64,000 nt of DNA from Candidatus Thorarchaeota archaeon (GCA_029855935.1 JAGSHN010000005.1:64001-128000); one strand, 5' to 3'. Shown: positions 18,271 to 29,159, counted from the first letter of the stretch. The notes: a model not told the origin generated them from the letters alone. Translations and numbers: made by a program.

Positions 18271-21200
18271 GTGGTCTACATCGATAAACTAGTGTGCAGA
18301 GGCTTCAAGTCTTTTGGCCGTGATACCGTCACAATCAAATTCCACCCGGGCTTCACGTGCATTGTGGGGCCGAATGGTTCCGGAAAATCCAATGTCGTTG
18401 ATGCCCTTCTATTTGTACTTGGACAGCTCAGTGCAAAGACTCTGCGGGCAAATGTCTTCTCGGACCTGCTATACTCACCACCAAAACCGGGAATGCCACC
18501 CAAGGCGAAGTCTGCTCTCGTTCAGGTCCACTTCAACAATAAGGATCGAAAACTACCAGTCGATGCAGACAAGGTTGTGATAGAGCGAGAGCTCGACGAG
18601 TCGGGAAAATCGGTGTGCCGCGTGAATGGCAGGGTCGTCACTCGCTCTGCGGTCCTTGACCTTCTGAGCAGCATTGGAGTCGACCCGAACGGGTACAATC
18701 TCGTTCTCCAAGGTGAGATAGCTCAGATGGTCCAAGTCAGTCCGACAGACCGCCGGAAGCTCATAGAGGACATAGCCGGAATCTCAGCCTACGACGAACA
18801 GAAGGAACGCGCTCTCAAGAAGCTGCAGGAGAGCGAGGCCAACCTCTCAAGAGTAGAAACGCAGCTTCAGGAACGCCGTCACCATCTGGAGAAGCTCGAG
18901 AATGAGCGTGAAGACGCCCTGAGATACGAGAGCATAAAGGCGCAGATTCGAGAGATTCGTATTGACCATCTCGCTTGGACAATAGTGAGGGCACAAAAGA
19001 GGATAGCCACGATCGACACCACACTGGCCGAACGCGCCCAAGAGGCCGAGGATCTCGAGAGACAGCTGAGAGAAACCGAGAGAGAGCGCGCCAAGATTGA
19101 GCAGGAGATTGGGGAGATAGAGGAGGAGATTGACAGAGTCACTGGTGGAGAGTCCGCCAGAATCTCAGAGAAGTTTGGAGTTCTCTCCTCGGCCGTCGAA
19201 CATGCCCGACACAGCCTTGAAAGAATGGCTGAAGACATAGAGGCCAAGAGAAAGGAGAAAGAGGCCCTTGAGAGCGAACTTGAGGAGCTTCGCCGTCGGA
19301 GAGAGGCCAGTGCGACCCGAGTCAAGGAGAAACAAGAACAGCTTGAGCAATTGGAGAGGGAGATTGCTGAACGGGAGGCGCACCTCTCAAATCTGCAGAG
19401 GGCACTCCAAGAAGAGCAGGACCTCTACTACGAGACTCAGCAAAAACTTCAGGCGCTCAACGACAAGATAGTGTCACTTGACGAGCGCATTGCAGAGGTA
19501 AGGTCGAGCATCAAGACAGGAGAGCGTGAATCTCGGGCGTTGGAGGAGGATCGAGAACAGGCAGAAACTGCCCTAGAGAAGACCGCTGAGAAGCTGAGTG
19601 AGCTTGAGCACTCTATTCCCGAGATTCGAGAAGAGCTAACAAGACTTGAGGAGATGGAACAGGCCAAGCGAAACGAGCTGGAAGGTGTTGATAGACAGCT
19701 CAAGACGCTTGATGCCGAGATAGCCGAGACCCAGAAGATACTCACTGCAACCAGAGAAGAACTAATCAAAATCAAAGCACGTAGAGACGCACTGAAAGAG
19801 GCGGAGGAAGCATTTCTCAAGCGCAGGAGAGCCATCGCAAGAGTCCTCCAACTGCGTGATGAGGGTGTAGTGAAGGGCATATTTGGGACCGTCGCAGAAC
19901 TTGGAACGATTGACCCTGAACTGTCGACTGCACTGGAGATAGCGGGAGGCAGCAGACTTGGATACATTGTTGTTGAGAACGAGGATGTTGCTACGGAGTG
20001 CATCGAGATTCTAAAGAGAGAACGTGCGGGTAGAGCATCATTCATCCCTCTGAACAGGATAAAGAGCAGAAAGCCCTCGTATGTGCCAGATGACGAGAGA
20101 GTCATAGGCTATGCAATGGACCTTGTCAAGTTCAACCCACAGGTTCAGCCTGCATTCGAGTTCGTGTTTTCAGACACCATTGTCACTGAGGACTTTAGCA
20201 CCGCAAAGAGGCTCGGCTTCAAGGGATGGAGAGCAGTGTCTCTTGATGGTGATCTCGTGGAGAGGTCCGGATTGATAACTGGGGGATATCATCAGCGGAC
20301 ACCCACCGGACTCTCGTTGAAGATAGAGGACAGAAGTCCCGAGATTGAGCGTCGCCTCCAAGGACTTGAGTCGATACTTGACGAGCTTGCCGACAAGCGG
20401 AATTCGCTGGCGCGCACTCGGAGGGAACTGGAGAGGGAGATACAAGACCTCACGAAGACGAGCTACCGTATGAGAATCAAGGCCCAGCTATTTCAGGAGC
20501 AGCACACCGAACTCGTGAGCAGGCAGGAGTCCCTGAAACAGAGAATAGAGGCGATGGGAGAGAAACTGGAGAAGATACGCAGGCAGCTCGCGGAGCTCCA
20601 CGAGGAGGAAAAGAGTCTCTCCCTGAGGCGCGAGAGCCTTCTGGCAGAACGGGAGAGGTACAGTGAGCGCATTGCCCAGTCCCGTGCTATGCAGGTCGCC
20701 CGGGAGATGAGAGAGCTCCAGAAAATAGTTGAGGACCTCAAACATGCACGTGAGAGTCTGCATAGTGAGGTCACAGAGCTGACCGTGGCGCTGAGCCAGA
20801 GATACGAGCCGAGGATAGCCGAGATTGAGAACAGAATAGACGCAGTCTGTCGTGAGGTAGAGGCCCTGAAAGCAAGAGAGGCCAGTCTGCGGCAGGAGCT
20901 CGATTCCAAGGAGAGAGAACTCGAAGAAACAGGGCGGGCACGCGAGAGAATTGAGGACAGGGTCAAGGACAGACGTACACAACAGCTTGAGCTCAAGGAG
21001 CGAGCCCGAAACCTACGGTTCCGACACGAGCAAATCAGAGATGCACAGACAGCAAATGAGAAGGCGGTCTACAGACTGCAGACAGAACGGTCCAGACTTG
21101 AAACTGAGATTGAGGGATGGAGGGCCGAACTCGACACGCTCTCAGACTGTGAAGCGGAGATTCAGAAGAGGAGCTCGGAACGCGAGCCAACGTATAAGGA

Positions 21201-21861
21201 GCTCGACCAGCTGACCGACAAGATCAGGGAGCTGGAGAGAGAGCTGGAGGAGATGGGACCAGTCAACCTGAAGTCGCTCACGGACTATGATGCTGAGAGG
21301 GAGCGATACGAGGAGATAGTGGACAAGAAGGCTCAGCTCGAGGAGGAACACAAGGAGATACTGCGATTCATGGAGGAGCTTGAGAGAGAGAAGACACGAA
21401 AGTTCCTTCAGGTGTACAATGAGATTGCTGACAACTTCTCAAGAGTGTTTGCGAAACTCTCTCCGGGCGGAGAGGCCAGCCTGATGCTGGAGAATCCAGA
21501 GCATCCGCTGATGGGTGGCGTCACAGTACGGTCGAAACCGCGGGGAAAGGAGGTCGTTTCTCTCACTGCAATGAGCGGAGGTGAGAAGACGCTCACGGGA
21601 CTCGCGCTCATATTCGCGATTCAGATGTACAGTCCCGCCAGCTTCTACGTGTTCGATGAGATAGATGCGGCACTCGATGACGTGAATGCGCACAACGTTG
21701 CACTTCTGATTCAGGAGATGTCCAAGTCGTCCCAGTTCATAGTGGTTTCCCTGAGGGATGTCACCGCTCAGAAGGCCGATGTGTTGGTAGGTGTTTCGAA
21801 CCAAGACGGAATCTCAAGAATCGTCGCGGTGGACCTAGAGGAGGTGGGGGCGACAGCTTGA
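18271..21861 (+). CDS. smc: Chromosome segregation protein SMC
   Basis: GFKSFG, GPNGSGKS, long coiled coils, hinge GIFGTVAEL...GRASFIPL, MSGGE, FDEIDAALD; start at GTG 18271. Confidence 0.97.
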   Translation: MVYIDKLVCRGFKSFGRDTVTIKFHPGFTCIVGPNGSGKSNVVDALLFVLGQLSAKTLRANVFSDLLYSPPKPGMPPKAKSALVQVHFNNKDRKLPVDADKVVIERELDESGKSVCRVNGRVVTRSAVLDLLSSIGVDPNGYNLVLQGEIAQMVQVSPTDRRKLIEDIAGISAYDEQKERALKKLQESEANLSRVETQLQERRHHLEKLENEREDALRYESIKAQIREIRIDHLAWTIVRAQKRIATIDTTLAERAQEAEDLERQLRETERERAKIEQEIGEIEEEIDRVTGGESARISEKFGVLSSAVEHARHSLERMAEDIEAKRKEKEALESELEELRRRREASATRVKEKQEQLEQLEREIAEREAHLSNLQRALQEEQDLYYETQQKLQALNDKIVSLDERIAEVRSSIKTGERESRALEEDREQAETALEKTAEKLSELEHSIPEIREELTRLEEMEQAKRNELEGVDRQLKTLDAEIAETQKILTATREELIKIKARRDALKEAEEAFLKRRRAIARVLQLRDEGVVKGIFGTVAELGTIDPELSTALEIAGGSRLGYIVVENEDVATECIEILKRERAGRASFIPLNRIKSRKPSYVPDDERVIGYAMDLVKFNPQVQPAFEFVFSDTIVTEDFSTAKRLGFKGWRAVSLDGDLVERSGLITGGYHQRTPTGLSLKIEDRSPEIERRLQGLESILDELADKRNSLARTRRELEREIQDLTKTSYRMRIKAQLFQEQHTELVSRQESLKQRIEAMGEKLEKIRRQLAELHEEEKSLSLRRESLLAERERYSERIAQSRAMQVAREMRELQKIVEDLKHARESLHSEVTELTVALSQRYEPRIAEIENRIDAVCREVEALKAREASLRQELDSKERELEETGRARERIEDRVKDRRTQQLELKERARNLRFRHEQIRDAQTANEKAVYRLQTERSRLETEIEGWRAELDTLSDCEAEIQKRSSEREPTYKELDQLTDKIRELERELEEMGPVNLKSLTDYDAERERYEEIVDKKAQLEEEHKEILRFMEELEREKTRKFLQVYNEIADNFSRVFAKLSPGGEASLMLENPEHPLMGGVTVRSKPRGKEVVSLTAMSGGEKTLTGLALIFAIQMYSPASFYVFDEIDAALDDVNAHNVALLIQEMSKSSQFIVVSLRDVTAQKADVLVGVSNQDGISRIVAVDLEEVGATA

Positions 21862-22574
21862 GCGATGGTCAGAGTGACGTGCCGTTCTGGGTCCAACCAC
21901 CCTACATCCTCCTCACCGATGTTCTTCAACTCGACAAGGTGCAGCCATGGAACGTCAACGTGGGGCGTCTTGTTTCCGAGTTCCTGCGCGAGATGCGGCA
22001 AATGGGGGATATAGACTTCCGTGTGTCAGGTAATGCTCTGTATTCTGCCTCAGTGATATTCATGAGGAAGACGAGAGAACTCGTCCAGATGGGAGTGCTC
22101 CCCCAAGAGGAGGAAGAAGACGAAGAGGAGCTCGAGATTCCACTCATTCGCCCACCATTCAGACTAACGAACAGAAGAGTCACGCTTCAAGAATTGATCA
22201 TTGCAATGGACCGGGTGTTGAGCCGTGGCCCGCGTCGTCGAGCCCCACCCAAAAAGAGGAGGACCAGATCGCCTCTCGGGCCACTGTCCTTTGCCGTGGA
22301 CTCTCAGCGGGCTGATGCGGAGGAAACTGTTCTGCAGGTCTATTCTGACCTCAGGGAGATGGTCGGTATTGGCAAGACGGTGCGGTTCTTCGATGTGATT
22401 ATGAGCAGTACAAGACGTGAGATTGTACGCGTCTTCTTCGCTCTGCTTCATCTCTATTCCAGGTCCTTTGTTGATATCTGGATGGACGAGGAGGATGTCA
22501 TCTGGATAAGATTGCTCGACCCTCCATCGGATGAGCAGGGTAAAGACGAACTCGCAGCCGTGGCGAGAGAGTAG
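21858..22574 (+). CDS. scpA: Kleisin ScpA
   Basis: PWNVNV N-terminal motif and C-terminal winged helix VRVFFALLHL; 4-nt overlap with smc. Confidence 0.9.
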   Translation: MSDGQSDVPFWVQPPYILLTDVLQLDKVQPWNVNVGRLVSEFLREMRQMGDIDFRVSGNALYSASVIFMRKTRELVQMGVLPQEEEEDEEELEIPLIRPPFRLTNRRVTLQELIIAMDRVLSRGPRRRAPPKKRRTRSPLGPLSFAVDSQRADAEETVLQVYSDLREMVGIGKTVRFFDVIMSSTRREIVRVFFALLHLYSRSFVDIWMDEEDVIWIRLLDPPSDEQGKDELAAVARE

Positions 22575-22582
22575 GTGGTCAT

Positions 22583-23134
22583 ATGGATGACGACATAGTC
22601 ACTCTTGAGGCGGCACTCTATGTTGCCGGACGGCCGCTCACAATCACAGAGCTGGCAGCAATAATTGGCAAGGCCGAGTCCACAGCCGAGAAGCTACTCG
22701 AAGAGCTTGAGTATGAGTATCAGAAACGCAATGGAGCGCTAGAGATAGTCAGGCTCCCGCGGGACCGCTATGTGATGCAGCTCAAGCCCGAACTGACCCC
22801 GCGTGTTGGAAAGTTGATACCCGGCGGGCTTCTGTCTTTCGCCACACTTCAGACCCTAGTCTACATTGCGCTGAAACAGCCAATCCTCCAATCGGAGCTG
22901 GCAATGCAGCGAGGTACACAAGTATACGACCATATCAGGGAACTCGTAGAGAAGAAGTTCGTAGAGGCCACCCCACAGGGCCGTTCGAAGATTCTCAGGA
23001 CAACCACACTCTTCGCGGACTACTTTGGTCTCGACCACGATGTGGTCAGGATGAAGGCTCAGTTGAGGTACAAGATGAAGCAGATCCTGCAGCAGCAGTC
23101 TGCCGAAGGGATGACAGGGGGGAGGAGTACCTAG
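22583..23134 (+). CDS. scpB: ScpB (kite subunit)
   Basis: LEAALYVAGRPL, TLVYIALKQPI, TTTLFADYFGL. Confidence 0.93.
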   Translation: MDDDIVTLEAALYVAGRPLTITELAAIIGKAESTAEKLLEELEYEYQKRNGALEIVRLPRDRYVMQLKPELTPRVGKLIPGGLLSFATLQTLVYIALKQPILQSELAMQRGTQVYDHIRELVEKKFVEATPQGRSKILRTTTLFADYFGLDHDVVRMKAQLRYKMKQILQQQSAEGMTGGRST

Positions 23135-24141
23135 CAGACTCGAGGCACGGGCTCACCATACGGCACCTGAACCACCTTGCGCCCCCCAATGCTGGTACGC
23201 ATGACAACACGGCCCGGCCCCTCTCGTACTGTCCCAATTGCCTTGGCATCAGATGTGGTCTTGTGAGTTCTTAGAGCCTTCAGGACCTCGTCGGTCCTAT
23301 CAGAGTCCACTATGATGATGGCCGTTCCCTCGCAGCTCATATGTAGCGGATCGAGACCAAGAATCTCGCATAGAGAACGTACAGCGGGGCGTACAGGAAT
23401 CTGCTCTTGATCTATCTCAATTTCTACGTGCGACTTTGATGCTATCTCATTGAGCGCCACCGCAGAACCACCACGTGTTGGATCCTTCATCGAATGAATG
23501 CCACCTACGTCCAGAGCATCGCGAATCGGTGACCATAGCGGTGCGACATCGCTCTTTAGGGAGGTGTCGAAGGCAAGACCCTCACGATGCGCCAGTAGGG
23601 TGGTCCCATGGTCGCCAATCGGGCCGGTGACAATGACATCGTCACCAACCTGTGCACCACTATCCGAGACTGGTGTGTCTAAGTACGTCCGACCGATGCC
23701 CGTGGTGGAGATCACCAGCCCATCCAACGTTCCACGTGGCATCACTTTTGTGTCGCCAGCAATCATAGCGACGTTCAAGGGGGCAATCACCTCATTGATG
23801 GATGACAGTATCCTCTGGAGGTTGTCGATGCCGAACCCCTCTTCCACGACTACCGTGTTGGTCATTGCGATTGGCTGTGCGCCCATCACAGCAAGGTCGT
23901 TTATCGTCCCGCAGGCAGACAACTTGCCTATGTCCCCACCGGGAAAGAACAGGGGCTGCACCGTGTGAGCATCCGTACAGACCACAAATTGCCCCGTTGT
24001 GTCAAGAGTCGCTCCGTCATCCATCTCATCAAGACCAATCGCACCCAGCCGTCGATGTGAGAACGACGGAACTATCACCTCTTCAATGAGTTTCTGCATC
24101 ACTCTTCCGCCAGCGCCGTGAGCGGACTCTATGCGGGCCAT
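23131..24141 (-). CDS. hypE: Hydrogenase maturation protein HypE
   Basis: AHGAGG, PLFFPGGDIG, GDTKV, KDPTRGG, C-terminal PRVC; start MARIES at 24141. Confidence 0.95.
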   Translation of the reverse strand: MARIESAHGAGGRVMQKLIEEVIVPSFSHRRLGAIGLDEMDDGATLDTTGQFVVCTDAHTVQPLFFPGGDIGKLSACGTINDLAVMGAQPIAMTNTVVVEEGFGIDNLQRILSSINEVIAPLNVAMIAGDTKVMPRGTLDGLVISTTGIGRTYLDTPVSDSGAQVGDDVIVTGPIGDHGTTLLAHREGLAFDTSLKSDVAPLWSPIRDALDVGGIHSMKDPTRGGSAVALNEIASKSHVEIEIDQEQIPVRPAVRSLCEILGLDPLHMSCEGTAIIIVDSDRTDEVLKALRTHKTTSDAKAIGTVREGPGRVVMRTSIGGRKVVQVPYGEPVPRVC

Positions 24142-24288
24142 GGACGTGTCTCCATACTGTCTTATGGCGAACTCCACCCGTAGGACTATTTGAACAAGTC
24201 GTTGTGTTCACACAGAAGACGGCCACTGAGCAAGATTTAAAACACGTCTACAAAGAGCGACAGTGACCTATTCGAGAGGTAGTCCAAG

Positions 24289-24666
24289 ATGGGTGTCTGG
24301 CATAGAAGGTCGAAGCGGATTGCTACTGGAGCACGCCTCAGGGAGTTTAGAAGTAAGAGAAAGCACGAGATGGGGCGTACGCCCACTGAGACCCTGATGG
24401 GCGAACCAAAGATACTCGTTATTGACAGCAAGGGTGCAAGGAAGAAGACCCCTGCGCTCCGGGTAAAGTACGCCAATGTCACTGATCCAAAGAAGAATCA
24501 GACCTTCAAGGCAGAGATACTGGATGTTGAGAAGAACGAGGCCAACATGGACTACCAACGACGAAAGGTCATCACCCGAGGGACCATAATCAAGACCTCT
24601 AAGGGACGCGCGCGGGTCACCAGTCGGCCCGGACAGGACGGCATCGTCAACGCAATTCTGATTTGA
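24289..24666 (+). CDS. rps8e: 30S ribosomal protein S8e
   Basis: RSKRIATG, KRKHEMGR, VTSRPGQDGIVNA. Confidence 0.97.
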   Translation: MGVWHRRSKRIATGARLREFRSKRKHEMGRTPTETLMGEPKILVIDSKGARKKTPALRVKYANVTDPKKNQTFKAEILDVEKNEANMDYQRRKVITRGTIIKTSKGRARVTSRPGQDGIVNAILI

Positions 24667-24928
24667 GTTCCATTTTCACTAATGGCTATTCTTGTCAACA
24701 TTGACTACTCAGGCTTATTGGCCGAAAGTATCTACCAACATCCACCGGGACCGAATACGGGGTCTTTCGTCGATACGGCGTGCCCCCATCATAGGAGCGG
24801 ATGGATCGCTCGTTGCCACTGTTCTCCACGGTTAGAGAGCCGAACGTGCTGTTTTGTGTTACTCGTAGTAGGGTGGTATGGAGGCCACGAATTTGAATCT
24901 TGTCGTAGGCGCGTGTCATCAAAATGCA

Positions 24929-27900
24929 CTACCTAACACTAATGTAACCTAGATTTTCCCCTACTCGTACACCAGATATGTGCGGTATTTCGGGCCTTGC
25001 TAACGCGAAACACCTCATGCGTTGATGATCCGGCCATATCCACGATTCTTCACGACGAAGATAGAGCAGGATTTCGGCTAACTTGTTCTTTGAGAACCTG
25101 CGTAGTGATGCCAAATCAAGGGGATGATCCTCAAAGAAGAACTCAAAGATCTTCCCCCAATCACGGGTTGTCACAGGATAGACGTGACTATGATCTTCAA
25201 TCAAGAGGGCAATCGGTGTGCCGGTTTCGTCTTCAAGCAGACGTACCGGCAGTGTTCTATTGCTCGCAGTGTGTGCGGCCTCCAGTTTCTTTAGTAAAGG
25301 ATTTCCTATGCTCACGAAGTCATCATCAACGGGATCGACACTTACCCGCTCGCCCTCGATCTCGACTGTTGATTTGCTCTCAGACCTAACAGCCAGCCCA
25401 GACTGCACCGCAGCCCGCTCAATGACACGAATGAGATGAGCATACGGCGACTTGTCAATAATAGTTTGAACATCTTTCGAGTCGGCATGGAGGATCTGGT
25501 TCTTCCTGTATTCTGCCCTTGCACGTTCTATCTCTTCCAATGTGAGATTCACTATGGGAACCCTGCCATCTGCAAGCGATGAAATGACTCGCTTCTGCTG
25601 ATCAGTGAGTATTTCGGGAACTTGGCCCACGACAGCCCTGAAATCGGTTCTCCTATCTTCTAGGACTCTGTACATCCTCTCTTCAATCGAATTCGGATAG
25701 TATAGGTTTATCAAATAGACATCTTTGGCCCTCTGTCCGAGCCTGTCAACTCGTCCAAACCGCTGGAACAGCATAGCGGGGTTCCAAGGCACATCAACGT
25801 TTACCACTTCATTTGCATAGTGAAGATTCAATCCCTCGCTTGCTGCATCGGAACAGACAAGGACCCTTATCGACCCCCTCTTCAGCAAGCTAACGATGTC
25901 CTTTGGGGAACATTCGTGCAGTATTGGCCTTGTCCCATCCCATGCATAGGTCCCGACACACTCGCCATCGTATCGGCCCACCCCAAAAGTGTCCACGAGC
26001 ACTCCAAGCATCTCGATGATGGCGTCGGTCGTCGAAGTGTACCTGCTAAACACAAGAACTTTTCTGCCTCGTGAAACGTGGTCTGACAAGATCTGCCTCA
26101 ACCCTGTCATTTTCGGGTCCACCAATTGGCCACCGCTCTGAAACGCACGTTCGATTAAGTCCAAGATTCGTTGAACTGCGTAAAACTCCGTTTTGGCCCT
26201 TTGGACTGAAACGTTGCTTAGTTCACCATTGGAGGCGTCCATATCGTACTCAAGGTCGCTGTCCAGTTCGTTTTCACGTTGATCGTTTCCAGTCAACGGA
26301 GAGAAACAACCACGATCTACGATTGACTGAAGATACTCTTTTCTGCGCCGCAGTGTGTCAACTGCGGCTCTGATTGAAGAAACAATCCTTTGCCTATACA
26401 AGCTTCGCACAAGCCCAGTCCTGTTTCCATAGTACGACTCTGCATAAGCGAGATGTCTGCTGACGAAGTCCTCAAGTTCTTGGAGGAACTCTTCCTGCTC
26501 CTTGGTGACATTGATTCGTGGACTATACAAGTGGGGAGTTGGAAAGCGGTATCCAATGCTAGATAGGGTTATTCTTTCGCTCCTTACTGCCAAGAACGTA
26601 GCGGGATGTGTGGCAATCACAACTTCTTCTGGCAACGGCCGTACTTGCCGTGCAATCGTTTCATAGAACTTGGTATCTTTGTCGCATTTCTCAGTGGAGA
26701 AGCACTCAAGAGGCCCCACCAGACCGTGTCTTTCGCCCAGTTCATATTCTTGGGCAAATTGATGAATATATCTGAGGTGAGTTACTACAGTGCTCAATAC
26801 ACCGTGTGGGATTTCGCCTCGAAACCACCTTGAATAGTAGTCCAGTGCCTCTTTGAAGCCCTCAGGGACACCAAGGATATCTAACAGGGAGTAGTAGTCC
26901 ATGATGTTCGTCTGGTAGGGCGTAGCTGTGAGGAGAAGGATATGCGGGATATGCCTCTGCATATCTTTCAGTAGTTTGTATAGCCGTGTTGACCGCCCGT
27001 CTGAAGTGTCATCATGAATCCTGGCGTGATGCGCCTCATCAACGACGAGAAGGTCTGGCATATCTTCCAGATCAAGTTGGGGATTGCTTCGTGAATCACC
27101 TCTTAGCCAGTGCCAAGACATGATCAGCAGATTAATTCCGTTATCGCAACGGAAGGGCTTTCTCCCTACTTGTATTGAGTCCAGATCGGTTTGACAAGTC
27201 TGGGTTCTCGAGTCATATACCCAGAAGTTCAGGCCAAATAATTTCTTCAGTTCCTGCTGCCATTGTTTCATAAGAGAAGCTGGTGTGAGTATGAGAACGC
27301 GACGGACACCGCCGAAACGCAGCAGATAATGGATGATAGACCCAGCCTCAATCGTCTTGCCTAGTCCAACTTCATCCGCAAGAAGAATCCTGATTGGCCA
27401 TCTGCTTAGAGCTTGGACATACGCGTGGATTTGGTGCGGTAGCAAGCCCACATAAGGAAACGCAAGCGCACAATAAAGAGGTGAGCGCGAAACCGCGTCC
27501 GCGAAAGAGGCCCAAGAGATCCAATCTTGTCCCTCATTACTGTCAGTGCGTGCTTCGATGGGGGCGTGCTCAACCATTTGTGTTGCGGTGGAGCCGACTC
27601 TGTTTTTGCGAGATGTCAAAGCATGGTTGTATTCATCAACTACAGCACAGAACTCGTCCGTAAAAGGCATGGTTTCAACATCAGAACTTACGCAGTTCCA
27701 CATCTCCTCGAAGCGCTTCAAGAAGTATTCGCTTACTTCTCGCTCATGCGGAATCCAAGAGCGGTGCAGAACAGCATCTTCAATATTCTTTGTAAGACCC
27801 CTTACCGACTCGTTCACAGACCCAGTTATGACAGAATATCTCAGCCCTTGTCGGCGCCTTAGAGAGAGAGACTGGTAGTACCGTCTACCAGCCCAGCTGA

Positions 27901-28501
27901 ACAAGCGCCAGATCTTCGATCGTATTTGCCGAGGCTCTCTATCGTTGCCCTCATGATGGATTACCATGAACTTGGAATGGAACAGGGCAACTTCGGGATT
28001 GGGCCAAGTGCCATGTCTTTGATAATAGTCTATGTTAGCCCTTGGCGTTACCAGTCTAACCTGCATGGCATGTTGATTGAACATCTCCCGGAGTACTGAT
28101 AGAATGTCACCGCTCTCTTGACCAAGAAGAGTCAAGAGTTCTTCTGTATATCCTCTCAGAGCCTCTGCGACTGCTCTCTTTACAGCATCTGTGACTGTGA
28201 GGCCGGGCCGGAGAGCAGGTACAACGGCCTTTGACTGGTGAAAGCCAACAATCAATCTTACGAAGCCACCTCGTTTCCAAATCGCAGCCAGCTCCCGGAG
28301 CAAAATGAGAAGCGAGTAGGGATCATAGAATGATGTGACACGGTCGTACTGATAACCTTCCCGCAAAAGAGGCCCGATCATTCTCCTATAGATCTCTTCT
28401 CCACGTCCACTAATGGCCCGATACGGGGGACCTGATGTCATCGGATGTAGACCCCCAGCTCTATACATCTTCGAGTAGGTCAAAATGTCTGTATTCGTCA
28501 A
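24929..28501 (-). CDS. PLD-type nuclease domain fused to a RapA/DrmD-like SNF2 helicase
   Basis: N-terminal FHSK...GSVN (PLD-like); LLPHQ, LLADEVGLGKT, DEAH, LTATP, SEGLNL, QRFGRVDRLGQ. Start may be ATG 28468 or 28441. Confidence 0.9.
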   Translation of the reverse strand: MTNTDILTYSKMYRAGGLHPMTSGPPYRAISGRGEEIYRRMIGPLLREGYQYDRVTSFYDPYSLLILLRELAAIWKRGGFVRLIVGFHQSKAVVPALRPGLTVTDAVKRAVAEALRGYTEELLTLLGQESGDILSVLREMFNQHAMQVRLVTPRANIDYYQRHGTWPNPEVALFHSKFMVIHHEGNDREPRQIRSKIWRLFSWAGRRYYQSLSLRRRQGLRYSVITGSVNESVRGLTKNIEDAVLHRSWIPHEREVSEYFLKRFEEMWNCVSSDVETMPFTDEFCAVVDEYNHALTSRKNRVGSTATQMVEHAPIEARTDSNEGQDWISWASFADAVSRSPLYCALAFPYVGLLPHQIHAYVQALSRWPIRILLADEVGLGKTIEAGSIIHYLLRFGGVRRVLILTPASLMKQWQQELKKLFGLNFWVYDSRTQTCQTDLDSIQVGRKPFRCDNGINLLIMSWHWLRGDSRSNPQLDLEDMPDLLVVDEAHHARIHDDTSDGRSTRLYKLLKDMQRHIPHILLLTATPYQTNIMDYYSLLDILGVPEGFKEALDYYSRWFRGEIPHGVLSTVVTHLRYIHQFAQEYELGERHGLVGPLECFSTEKCDKDTKFYETIARQVRPLPEEVVIATHPATFLAVRSERITLSSIGYRFPTPHLYSPRINVTKEQEEFLQELEDFVSRHLAYAESYYGNRTGLVRSLYRQRIVSSIRAAVDTLRRRKEYLQSIVDRGCFSPLTGNDQRENELDSDLEYDMDASNGELSNVSVQRAKTEFYAVQRILDLIERAFQSGGQLVDPKMTGLRQILSDHVSRGRKVLVFSRYTSTTDAIIEMLGVLVDTFGVGRYDGECVGTYAWDGTRPILHECSPKDIVSLLKRGSIRVLVCSDAASEGLNLHYANEVVNVDVPWNPAMLFQRFGRVDRLGQRAKDVYLINLYYPNSIEERMYRVLEDRRTDFRAVVGQVPEILTDQQKRVISSLADGRVPIVNLTLEEIERARAEYRKNQILHADSKDVQTIIDKSPYAHLIRVIERAAVQSGLAVRSESKSTVEIEGERVSVDPVDDDFVSIGNPLLKKLEAAHTASNRTLPVRLLEDETGTPIALLIEDHSHVYPVTTRDWGKIFEFFFEDHPLDLASLRRFSKNKLAEILLYLRREESWIWPDHQRMRCFALARPEIPHISGVRVGENLGYISVR

Positions 28502-29159
28502 GGAAATCTTTGACTATCGCAACCGCTTCGGGGTATTCTTTCTGTAACGCAGGTGAGGTAAACACGCCAAGGCCGAGTTCAAAGTCGTGAATTATTGCAC
28601 GTTCCAACCACATCAGTTGGGACTCCGAAGCATCATGCCTCTTTATGGTCATTAGCAGTGATCGAAAACGCTTCGTAATGGTGCCATTGACAATATCCTT
28701 GTCCTTGAGTAACGAACTTACAGCGGCCCAGTATTCCCTGTCGATCCGATCATATAGGTCACGGATGCGTAATCTCCAGTTACCATTCTCTACAAAATCA
28801 ATGATATTGGAGAGAGGTCGTTCCCCCTTCAACAAGTCATCAAGATGCTCGTAGACAACGGTGCGAACCACCGGATGCAGCAACATTAGTGTTCGAATAA
28901 CTCCCGTGTCCAGGTTCTTTTCAAGCAAGATTCGTCGCTCATCATCACTACACTTACGCAATTCGAAATACATCCGAACAATCTGGGGCGGTACGGCAAA
29001 CGCTTGCGACAGAAAGTGTTCATTTGGCAGCCCGCCATGGGAGGTGTGAAGGTCATATCCCATCTCAATGACCCGATCTTCAAACGTGTGCAGCCGTTCC
29101 AGTATGGACTTGCTGTCATCCATCAGACCGTAGGGATCCCGAATGTGGTCAGTCGTCAA
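28461..29159 (-). CDS. Hypothetical protein with a ParB/Spo0J-like HTH region
   Basis: LSQAFAVPPQIVRMYFELRKCSDDERRILLEKNLDTGVIRTLMLL follows the Spo0J HTH and adjacent helix pattern; TTG start overlaps the upstream stop, next to a GGTGAGG RBS. Confidence 0.7.
   Translation of the reverse strand: MTTDHIRDPYGLMDDSKSILERLHTFEDRVIEMGYDLHTSHGGLPNEHFLSQAFAVPPQIVRMYFELRKCSDDERRILLEKNLDTGVIRTLMLLHPVVRTVVYEHLDDLLKGERPLSNIIDFVENGNWRLRIRDLYDRIDREYWAAVSSLLKDKDIVNGTITKRFRSLLMTIKRHDASESQLMWLERAIIHDFELGLGVFTSPALQKEYPEAVAIVKDFLDEYRHFDLLEDV

Noticed and set aside
24695-24922. 75-aa ORF just downstream of the SNF2 gene as a fourth system gene
   Set aside because: Short, no motif and no clear RBS; cannot be supported without homology
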